Shown: in pieces, positions 1 through 10,428 of the stretch | How the letters are laid out: each line of letters opens with the position of its first letter | Numbering within the stretch: position 1 is the stretch's first letter | Origin: Gracilinanus agilis | Lineage: Eukaryota | Assembly: GCF_016433145.1 (NCBI RefSeq) | Contig: NC_058131.1 | Coordinates: 601,381,775 to 601,445,774 of the forward strand | Direction of reading: 5' to 3' | Length of the DNA stretch: 64,000 nt | The notes under the pieces: model-generated | Database searches by the model: none | Told to the model about the DNA's origin: nothing | Seen by the model: the letters and a program-made list of their open reading frames with translations, nothing else | Made by a program: the position numbers and the translations under genes

Positions 1-334
1 CTGGGATTGGGAGAAACTTGAGGTGAGGCTGGGGGCCGGCCCGATGCCTCATTTCCTGCTGATGTGGGCCCCGGGCCCCCCGGGTTGGACGAGCAGGAGC
101 ACCCCTCCTCCCTGTGTCAGCGTCACCAAAGGACCCAACTCAGTTATTTCTGGGGCAGCCCGAAAGGCCTCCCCTCACCTGATCTGAAAGTAGGAGCGCC
201 ATTCCAGGGGAACCAGAGCCCGGCCAGGCCCCTGGGCTTCCTGCTCCCATCAGCATTCCCCAGATAAGACGCCGGCTTGCTCTGGGCCTGGACTGAATTA
301 ATTGTTAATAATCACTACAGTGAGGTGTTCTGGT

Positions 335-530
335 AGATGGAGGGAGCCCAGAACTTGGGATTCAGGAAGATCTAGGGCTGAAACCAGCCTTGGGCATTCA
401 CTATCTGTGTGTGTGGCTCTGGTCAAGTCATTGAAGCTCTCCGAGCTCAAGTTTCTTCATCTGTAAAATGGGCATAGTAATATCTGTAATACTTCCCAGG
501 ATTTCCGTGAAGATCAAATGAGTTCATGAT
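335..530 (+). mobile_element. MIR-family SINE fragment
   Basis: MIR core: ...gtcaagtcattgaagctctccgagctcaagtttcttcatctgtaaaatgggcatagtaata...; boundaries approximate. Confidence 0.75.
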
Positions 531-595
531 ATAGGGTGTCCTAAAAGTCTTGGTTGGATTTATAGCTTTAAAACTACATTAAGACTTCTGGGACA

Positions 596-596
<1 letters not shown>

Positions 597-631
<35 letters not shown>
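597..631. repeat. (CA)n microsatellite
   Basis: Uninterrupted CA run read directly. Confidence 0.97.
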
Positions 632-633
<2 letters not shown>

Positions 634-639
634 ATTGTG

Positions 640-1630
640 ATATTATATGAATATTATATATGTATAATATATAAATGTAGTATTAAATATAAATTATAAT
701 ATACAACATAAATATGGAAATATTCATATATTATATAAAATAGTAATAGAAATAATTATATAAACAGATCATATTTATACATAATGTAACTCCTATATAA
801 TATGTTATATGTAATTTACATATAATATACAATATAATTTAAAATATAGTTATATAATATATAAATATGGAATATAATTTTATAAATAAATATATATTAC
901 ATAGCATTTTTATACTTTGGCACATATTATATATATGTAATATAATATAATTCATAAATAAAATATTTAATATGAGTATAGTTATACTATATGCATGTTA
1001 TACAAATATATGTATGTATAATATACATGTAAATATTTCTATATAATATGAATATATTTACATTATATATACATATTATATAAATATGTGCAATATAATT
1101 TAGAAATAAAATATCTAATATGGGTATAGTTACATTATATGCATATGTTATACAAATATATGTATGTATAATGTAATTTATACATAAATGATTTCTATAT
1201 AATATGGGTATATTTACATTGTATACATATATTACATAAATGTATGTAATATAATTTATAAATGAAATATTTATATGAGTATTGCATTAGACATACACAT
1301 AGAAATATATGTATATGTAATGTAACTTATAAATAAAATATTTTATATAATATGGATCTGTTTATATTATATATACATGTATTTATATAATATGTGTATA
1401 TGTAATATAATTTATAAATGAAATTATAATGAGTATCATTACATTATATATAAATTGTGTAAATATATGTACATGTGTTATAATTTGCATATATAAGAAC
1501 ATGGGTCTGTTTATATGATATATGTACATATATTACATAAATATATGCAATATAATTCATCGATAAAATATTTCTAGATACTATGGATTATTACGGTCTA
1601 TATATAAATACACATCCATATATATAAACT
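640..1630. repeat. Very AT-rich degenerate tandem repeat (~75 bp unit, ~150 bp higher-order dimer)
   Basis: Recurring aatatg(a/g)(a/g)tat anchors at ~969, 1045, 1117, 1201, 1272, 1349, 1428, 1498. Confidence 0.8.
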
Positions 1631-1694
1631 TCTTTGCAAACCTGTCCAGGCTCTCCAACCTTGAAGTGCTTTGCTTAAAGTCAGTGATTGCTGC

Positions 1695-1780
1695 AGTCAA
1701 TCATTCAAAGAAGCATTTATTAACTGCCTACCGCCGTGCCGTGTGGCAGGAGCCGTGTTAGATGCTAGAGATACCGTCTA
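1695..1780 (-). mobile_element. L2 LINE 3' end fragment
   Basis: tcaatcattcaaagaagcatttattaactgcctac...gtgttagatgctagagatac is the reverse complement of the L2 tail. Confidence 0.65.
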
Positions 1781-2179
1781 ATGATTGTTTAGTGCTTTAC
1801 AATTTACGAAGCTGTTTTGTACTCATTATCTCATTTGATCCTCGCTTCCATTCGGGGAGATAGGGAATACAAGTGTTATTATCCCCATTTCACAGAGGAA
1901 GGTAAGTGCGTCCTTAATGAAATAACAGAGAAAGGACCCTGGACTTCTGGTGCGTCCACCCATCGCTTCTTTTTTCTGCTCCCCCACATTTATTCTGTTC
2001 TGTTCCCAGAGGAGGAAGTGAGGTCACTCCACCAGGATGGATGGGTTTGGGCTTTTCTGGAGGACAAAACGGAGATCTTTGGTCCAGACGGGAACAAGAT
2101 CCTCAGGTCTTGCTGCTCTTCTCCCCCCACCTCCTCCCTAGCAGAAGTGGGAAAACTGGCCCCAGCCTCAGGCAAGCCA

Positions 2180-2500
2180 CGTTCCCGGGAGTTCTGGACA
2201 AACCCGTCCGAGGTATCGGGCTCTCGGGTCTCGGTGACGAGCTCCCATGGGCCTGGAGGGAAGAGGAGGGATCCCGACGCCCCCCCCACGCACAGGCACG
2301 CGTCGTGAGCTCCGGGAGGGACGCGTGAGGATGGACACACCGTCGAGAAAGGCTGCTTGACCCCCAGATAGACTCTCTACAAATGAGAATCCAGATGGAG
2401 AACACGTACAAGTACAGACGTGCACGAGGGCGTGGGCACACACACATGCAAGAACAGGTAGTGAGAGAGACACTGAACCGTCGCCACAGACACGAGGATG
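2180..2500. promoter_or_regulatory. CpG-rich intronic patch in SEMA4B intron 1 (candidate enhancer, RCGTG motif cluster)
   Basis: Locally dense CpG in an otherwise CpG-poor intron; several ACGTG/GCGTG motifs on both strands. Confidence 0.35.
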
Positions 2501-3970
2501 CTTCCATAGGACCAGGCTCCCTTGATTCCTGTTGTCTGTTATTGTAGAAACAGACATCCAGGCAGAGAAAAAGAGTGCTGGGTTCAAACGATCCTTTTTG
2601 GTATTTATTTGTATAATCTTGGGCAAATCACTTCATCTTCCTAGAGTCCGTTTCCTCTTGTTTCAGCCGATGAAATTGGGTTTGGATGGCCTCCAGGGTC
2701 CTCTCTAAATGATGCAGCCAAAGGGACGGACTCATAGAACCAAATGGTTTTTGGACCAAATGCTCTCTTAGGTCTCTTCTAGCTCTAAATCTCTTGGATG
2801 GTAATGACTGATCCATCCCAAAGTGAGCCTCCAAACATGGCAGGATGAGCCTCGGTCTCTGAATACCCAGACTCTCACTGTGGCAGGTGGTGCTGCCCGT
2901 TCCTATCTGACCCTTCGTGACCCGGCGGACCCTGTCTGTGGCAGGTAGAATAGAACCAAGATTCCTTCAGGGCTCTCAGGAATTGGAATTTCCATTTTTG
3001 AAAGGCCAATATCAAAATCCAATATTCACTGTTGAAACTCAAAATATATTAAGAAGTGAGAAGCCTTCTCTGGCCACCAGAATTCAGCTGGAGGTAACCG
3101 ATGGAAAATAGTAAGAGAATGGGGACACTCTGGCTGTCTGAATTTCGGAGCTGGGCAGGGGTGGGGAAATAGAGAAGAATCTTCTTTTGACACCGAGAAC
3201 CTTTATGGGAAGGGTTAGATCTTTCAGTGAGTCCGGCTCTACCCTCTTCCTTGGGGCCAGTTACAATTGTTGTCCTGCAGTGGTTTCATATATCTCTTTA
3301 CTCCTCTGGTGAAGAAAGGATGGACTGGCTAACTTGGGAGAGAAAGTTGTCTTCTTACAGGAAGGGAGAGCTCGGGAGCCTGGGTTCTCGCTCACTCAGG
3401 CTTACCTTGGCCAGCTGCCCAAGAGGGACGGTGAACTATTCACCGCACTCCTCTTTCCAGTCTTAGTTTCTCCAGTGTGGCAATGACTGCCCCACCCCCT
3501 GAGTTTCTCTTCTATAATACTTCAGACAGTTTTATCCCTAGAGGCGTAACTAAAGATTTCCGGGTTTGGTGGGAAATCTAAGAGCTTTGCCTCACCCACT
3601 TTAGTTTATAGAACTAGACTATAAGAAAATAACAACGCACGTTTATATAGCACTTTAGAGTTTGCCCATTGCTTGAGGAAAGTAAGGAAATATTCTAGAG
3701 ATAAGGAAACTTGCTCAGAATCACATAACTAGGTAGTGAATATCTATAGCAGAATTTAAATCCAGATCTTTTCATATTTCAGGTTTAATATTCTAGCTGT
3801 TAACCTACCACTTCTAAATTCTCTCTTCTCTTAAAATTAGGACAAATTATCGAATTCCTATGCAGTCAGCGTATCCTGAGGGCCTGCAATGGACAGAGCA
3901 TTGTTGGGGGAGGAGAGAGGAGAGAAAAAAATACAAGATGTGGTTATTGTTTTTAAAGTGAAGATTGAGG

Positions 3971-4130
3971 GAGCCAGGTAGGTAGCTCAGAGGATAGAGA
4001 GTCAGGAAGACCTGGGTTTGATACTTCCTAGTTATGTGACCCTGGCAATTTAACCTCAATTGCCCAACCCAAACTACTCTTCTATCTTGGAACCAATATT
4101 TAGTTTCTATTCTGAGATAGAAATTAAGGT
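3971..4130 (+). mobile_element. Older marsupial tRNA/CORE SINE (SINE1_Mdo-like)
   Basis: ggagccaggtaggtagctcagaggatagag...gtgaccctggc...cttggaaccaata. Confidence 0.7.
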
Positions 4131-4134
4131 GGTG

Positions 4135-4137
<3 letters not shown>

Positions 4138-4198
<61 letters not shown>
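4138..4198. repeat. (GT)~30 microsatellite at SINE tail
   Basis: Read directly; Z-DNA-prone. Confidence 0.97.
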
Positions 4199-4200
<2 letters not shown>

Positions 4201-5004
4201 TGAGCCTCCTTCCATTGTCATACCTTGGGGAGCTGTACCTGTCATCACCCTTATCTCTATCCAAGCCCTTCCTAGAGTACAAAGGTGGAATGGGGCAGGG
4301 AGCTCATTCCAAGGGCTGATTGGCAAGTGGGGTTCAAAGTACAAGGAACTGATCAATAAAAAAGTAATTAGACATCAACTCATTGGGAAAACTTTCCATA
4401 ATCAGAGAGGCTGGGGAAGGCAGAGAATTAGCGCTGGAAAATTTATGACTCCCATCTGGAACTATGAAGTGCCAACAGGAATGTAGAATGGCCCCATGAA
4501 GCCAGAGGGGCCGTAGTTCTGTCATGCAACATTTCCCACAAAGTCCTCCGGGTCAGTAGATGCTGTAGAATCACTTAACCCCTCTGCAGCCAAAGTTGGC
4601 ATCCAAAGCTTTTTAGTGCCAAGGTAGGATAAGGATTTTAGGATCATTGATTTTAGACCCAGAAGGGACCTTAGAGGCCATCTGATCTGACCCCTTCATT
4701 TTATAAATGTCATTCCTGAACTCTATTTTGTCAAAAGACCCAATCCCTTTTCTGGCTTATCATGCAGTAATTGAATTTTAGAGTTGGAAGGGACCCTCGT
4801 GACTTTCTAGTCTAACCTGTATCTGCTCATTGGTCGTCCAGCTGTGCTTTGCAAATCTCCAGTGAAGGGGAACCCATTACTTCCCAAGGCAACTAGTTTG
4901 TCCTCCCTGAGATTGCTCCGAGCTAAAGATCCTCATACCCCCTCAACTAATCTTCATATGGCACGAACTCAAGATCCTTCACCATTCTCGTTGCCTTCCC
5001 ATAA

Positions 5005-5230
5005 ATGTTGTTGTTGTTTTGCCATATCCAATTCTTCTTGATCCCATTTGGGGTTTTCTTGGCAGAGACACTGGAGTGATTTGCCATCTCCTTCTCCAGC
5101 TCATTTGACAGATGAGGAAACTGAGGCAAACAGGGTTCAGTGACTCTCCCAGGGTCACCCAAATCATAAATGTCTGAGGCTAGATTTGAATTCATGAAGA
5201 TGACTTCCTGATTCCCAGCCCACTCACTGC
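5005..5230 (-). mobile_element. MAR1 SINE (CORE + RTE tail)
   Basis: gttgttgtt...ccatttggggttttcttggcagagacactggagtgatttgccatctccttctccagctcattt matches the reverse complement of the MAR1 3' end. Confidence 0.85.
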
Positions 5231-5329
5231 CTTTCCTATGTCTGCTGTCCAGCTTATCCATGTTGGGGCCTCTTTGCTGTTCTTAGAAGAAGACCCTCCA
5301 TCTCCTGACTGGGAGAATTTTCACTGACT

Positions 5330-5590
5330 GTCCGCCATGGCTGGAATGCTCTCCCTATTCCTCTTGACTTCTTGGCTTCAAGTCCTGGCTAAACTCCCAC
5401 CTTCTACAAGAAGCCTTTCATAATCCCCTAAATGCCTTATGCCTTATCTCTCATTTATCCTGTTTGCATCTTGTTTGTACAGAGTTGTTTTTATGTCTCT
5501 TCTCCATCAGACTGTGAGCTTCTTGAGAGCCGTGTCAGCATCCCTTGTGCCTGGCCCAGAAGTAGGTACTTCATAAATGCTTGTTCACTG
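5330..5590 (+). mobile_element. L2 LINE 3' end
   Basis: gctggaatgctctcc...agactgtgagcttcttgagagc...gtgcctggcccagaagtaggtacttcataaatgcttg. Confidence 0.7.
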
Positions 5591-5691
5591 GCCTTGCCTT
5601 GATTTCCTAAACGTCGGCACCTAGAGCCGAGCATCGAACGGCAGATTGTGGTGAGGCTGAGACAAGAGTACAGACACTCTCTCTGAGAAGC

Positions 5692-5950
5692 TTGTTGCCT
5701 TTCAGGCATTTTCAGTTGTGCCTGACTCTTTGTGACCCCATTTGGAGTCTTCTTGGTAAAGAGACTGGAGTGGTTTGCCATTTGCTTCTCCAGCTCATTT
5801 TACAGATGTGGAAACTGAGGCAAACAGGGTGAAGTGACTTAACCAGGGTCACACAGCTTAGTCAGTGTTCAAGACTGGACTTGAACTCATGAAGATGAAT
5901 CTTCCTGACTCCAGGCTTGGCACTCTATCCACTGTGCCATCCCGCTGCCT
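5692..5950 (-). mobile_element. MAR1 SINE, near full length
   Basis: RTE-derived tail plus CORE plus tRNA-like head (ctatccactgtgccatcccgctgcc) in reverse orientation. Confidence 0.88.
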
Positions 5951-5994
5951 GTCTTAATGATTATTTTTAATAGAGAACTCACTGTTAAGAGAGC

Positions 5995-6325
5995 AGCAGA
6001 GTTGCATGTGTAAAATCTATATGAGATTGCTTTCACGTCTCAAGGGAAGTAGGGAATTAGGTGAGGAGGGAAAGAGAGAATCTGAGACTCAATATTTTTG
6101 AAAAATGTTGTACATGTATAAACCCAAATCAAATTGCCTGCCAGCACCTAGAGGGAGAAGAGGAGGGAGGGAGGGAGATAAGTTCAATCATATAACTTAG
6201 GAAAATTCATATGGAAATTTATTATATATTATAACATATATAAGTATATTTTTTAAAAGAAAAATGTTGGAAACTTTTTACATGTAATTGGGAGGGAATT
6301 AAATGAAAAATAAAAATATATATAT
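5995..6325 (+). mobile_element. Marsupial L1 3' UTR fragment(s)
   Basis: acatgtataaacccaaatcaaattgcctgcc...ggagggagggaggga...tttttacatgtaattggg...aaaaataaaaat. Confidence 0.7.
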
Positions 6326-6862
6326 AGTCAAGAGAGCATCAGAATAGGATTCTATCTTTCTTCTGGGGAGGTGAAGGTCAATATATTCTTCAAGTCAACT
6401 CTTGTTACTATGAATAGCGCATAGGCTATCTTGCCACTCTCTCCAAGTTATCAATCAAAATAGCATTGTAGGTTAGACCTGCTTCTTCTTCACCAAAATC
6501 CTTATATCTTCTACATTGCTTCTATGGTCCCATTAGGCAGGTATGTTCATGGCTGTGCATGCCAAGTCTTCTAATTTGCTTTTCTTTTCAGTGATCTGCT
6601 TAGGATTTTTGTACAAATTAGATTTCGGATGTTTCCAGAAAAATATAGGTCACGAGGAACACCAACCCTACCATGATTTGTCGTATTGTGATTCTCAGTG
6701 GTTATTCTCCCTGTCCCTGCTCTTGCCCCATCGTTTCCCTGTGGATTCTGTACGATGGGGGCCCTCACCGATAGTTCAAAAATTGCTCTTCCACTCTGGC
6801 AGGTAGATAGTGAATGAAGAGCATTTGGCAGCCCCTAGTGATGGCAGCGTATCTCTCCCCAG

Positions 6863-9800
6863 GCTCACAGGAGCGGACGGTGCGGAGGTTTGAAGCAGAG
6901 GGCATCACCAACTACACAGCACTGCTGCTGAGCAAAGATGGGAAAACCCTATTTGTGGGGGCCCGAGAGGCCCTCTTTGCCCTCACCAGCAGTAGCAGTT
7001 TCCTGCCCGGGGGGCACTACCAGAAGGTAAGAGAGTCAGGGGTTGGGGTGTCTGGGGGCCAGTGGATAGGGGGAAGGAAAAGAATGGGTGGTGGGCAGGC
7101 CAATTGGACCATCGGTCTTCTGGGATAGAATTTGTAGGCCATGGAAGGAGAGAAGAAATGTTTTTTGTTGTTCTGTTGATCCCTTTCAATAGTAATGACA
7201 ACAAAATGAGTTGTGAACTCCCAGAGATCACGGAGAAATTTCCTATATTTTGATTTAATATCCCAGAGTAATTTAATATATTATTCGTAATATTCTTTAT
7301 AGCCATTTACTGCTTAAGGTGCCATTAAGGAATTTTTAAAACAAACCTCCTAGACCATCATGGCAAACCCCCAATCTTTATCCTATCCTTCCTCTTCCTT
7401 AGTATTAACCTTGTTCTTTTGTCGGGGACCTTCTAGCTGATATGGAGTGCCGATCCAGAGAAGAAGCACCAGTGTGTCTTCAAGGGCAAGGACTCACAGG
7501 TGAATTGATTGGGGAGCAAAGGGGTGCCTCTAGGCTGAAGAAGGAACAGCAGGTTGTGGGAGGGTGTTACCCCCAAATAGAGTCTTCCTGGAAAAAGCAG
7601 CCCTAATCCCTTTTCTGATCTGAGATAAAGGGACTTTAACCAGTTGTAATTGAATATCCATTGACCTCTACCTTAGCCAGCTGCTGTGGGAGGAAGAATG
7701 GGTGACTCAGAGGGGAGTGTTCCTTTCTAGAGGGGAGCAGATCTTATCTCTGGTGGTCTTGAGAGACTTGGAGCCATGAGTAGCAATCCCAGCAAACATC
7801 TGACTCATGACATTTCTGAGACCCCTTCGTTTTGGGACCTGTAGTTTGTTGGGATTGAGGCAATACTGGGAATTCCTTTGAGGATCATGTTCCCCTCCCC
7901 AGAGGTCCCAGAAGATGCTCTCTGGTCTTGAGAACCTCGAAAAGATGGTGTTGCTCTGGAGAACTCCGTCTTCCCCCGTCTCAGTCACTTCAGTGCCATC
8001 TGGGTGTCTAATTCAGTCTAAGAAGCCCGAGGTCCCCTCAGGTTCATGCAGCTGTCTTCCTTGGGACCCCTAGAGCGGAGCTACATTTTTTCTGTGGGAC
8101 TCCGCAGTGTTTGTATGTGATGATGAAAGAGGGAATGAGGGGAGTGTGCAGGATGCTAACGGTTGCTTTTTCCTCCTAGAGGGACTGTCACAACTACATC
8201 AAGCTTCTCCAGCAGCTCAATAGCACCCACTTGTACACCTGTGGCACGGCTGCCTTCAGCCCCGTCTGTGCCTACATAGTAAGTGACAGCCCTAGCCAGC
8301 CACCCCACTTCCGCAGGCCCCATGAGGGCTGCCTCCATTCTCAGATGGGCCAGAGGAGCTCTAAAAAGCTGCCCAGTGCCTTCAGCTCTGGTCATTTCAT
8401 GTAGGGAAGTTGGTTTTTTCCAGTTCTTAAAATTACTGGGGAGAGGAACATAAGATCACAAACTGGGTTGGAAGAGACCTCAGAGTCCATTTAATCCATC
8501 CTCTCCAATTTTTTCCCTCTTTTTTAAAATTTTATTTTTTGTTATACAAAACACACTTCCATATTGGTCGTTGTTGTAAGAGCACACTCCTAGAAAACCA
8601 AAACCCCCAAATAAAACCATCAATACAACTGTGAGACGACTCCAACAGTTGGCACCCCACTCCTCTTATAGCTCATAAAGAGGAAATCAAGGAGTTTCAG
8701 GGACCTGAAGTCACTTGCTTATGGTCATGTAAGTGGTAAGCAGATATGCAGCTAGGTGGAACAGTAGATAGAATATTCAGGCTTGGAAGACTTGAGTTCA
8801 AATTTGACCTCAGACGTTTCCAAACTATGATCCTGGACAAGTCACTCAGCCTCTTTTATTTGTCTCAGTTTCCATAACTGTAAAATGGGAATCATAGTAG
8901 CACCCACTTTCCAGCAGGGCTTTTGTGAAAATCAGGTGAAATAACATTTCTAAGCACATAGCCCCGTGCCTGGCACATAATTGGTGCTTAATCAACGCTT
9001 GCTTCCTACCTTCCTTCCAAGGAAAGTCTTCTATGCATAGAAGATTTCAGTTTCCTCATTTGTAAAACAAAAGGGATAGACTAGTTGAGCTGTCTGCTTC
9101 AGCCCTAAAATTCTAGGATTTGTCTAAGAATTGAAAAATTACCTCATGAGGGGGCAGCTGGGTGGCTCAGTGGATTGAGAGCCAGACCTAGAGATGGGAA
9201 GTCCTAGGTTCAAATTTGGCCTCAGACACTTCCTAGCTGTGTGACCCTGGGCAAGTCACTTGACCCCCATTGCCTACCCTTACCACTCTTCTGCCTTGGA
9301 ACCAATACACAGTATTGACTCCAAGATGGAAGGTAAGGGTTTATTTAAAAAAAAAAAATTACCTCCTGTGCCCAAGGCCGACCCTTATATCTTAGTATGG
9401 CATGTAGGCAACACTACATTCCTGAATGCCAATGCCAGTGGGTTACGGGAGATCTTACCAGGTGGGAAAGACTTGAATGATAGACTTAACAGCCCATTTG
9501 GGGTGGTTGACTGCATAAAGCCTGGCTTAGCTCTGTCCAGAAAGGTTCAACACCAAATGGGCTAAAAACATTAGGGGTTTTTTAAGTTAGAACAACTCCT
9601 AAAGACCATTTATTAATAATGGCATGCAGGGGCAGGTAGGTGGCTCAGGGGATAGAGTGCCAGCCCTGGGAGAGGGGAAGTCCTGGCTTCAAATCTGGCC
9701 TCAGCTACTTCCTAGCTGTGTGAACAAGTCACTGAGGCCCAATAGCCTAGCCTTCATTGCTCTTCTGCTTTGGAACCAATACTTAGTGTCGATTCTAAGA

Positions 9801-10394
9801 CAGAAAGTAAGGATTTAAAAAAAAAATAGTGGCCTAGAAGGATATGCTCAGCACTGATAAAAGAATAACCTCCCTCTTTTAGCTTCCTAAAATTTCCCTT
9901 GAGCCAGAGGCCCTTTGTCAATCCTTAAATATTCTACAACTTAGTCTTTATTGCCTGGAGCACTATGAAATTCAATCAATCAATCAATAAATAGATAAAT
10001 AAATAAGCATTAAATCACTTTCTGTGTGCTCGGGCAGCTAGATGGTTCATTGATAGAGTGCTGGGCCTGCGGTCAGGCAGATTCATCTTCCTGAGTCCAA
10101 ATCCATCCTAAGACATTTTCTAGCTACGGGACCCTGGCTAAGTCCCTTACCCCTGTTTCCTTCAGTGTCTCATCTGTCAAATGAGCCAGAGAAGGAAATG
10201 GCAAACCACTCGGTATCTCTGCCAAGAAAACCCCAGATGGGGTCATGAAAAGTCATCCATGACTGAAAAGAACGGAACAACCATAACAAAACTATGTTCC
10301 GGCACTGCTCTAAGCGATGGGGTACAAAAAGACGTAGAAGACAGTCTCTGTCCTGAAGGAGCTCACAAGTCTAGTGGGAAAGACTGCATACAAG

Positions 10395-10428
<34 letters not shown>

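Noticed and set aside
64-267. GC-rich ORF at the window start as possible SEMA4B exon 1
   Set aside because: No signal peptide or Leu-rich stretch, and no phase-1 donor to join 6863; the true first exon is probably upstream
1817-2626. Stack of 95-163 aa ORFs on both strands
   Set aside because: They span MIR/L2 remnants and a GC-rich patch, use non-ATG starts and show no recognisable protein motifs
3847-4486. ORFs with HTHT/CVCV runs
   Set aside because: Translations of the (GT)n microsatellite
9149-9230. tRNA-like heads of the SINEs as tRNA genes
   Set aside because: They are SINE 5' domains attached to CORE and A tails with TSDs, not cloverleaf tRNAs
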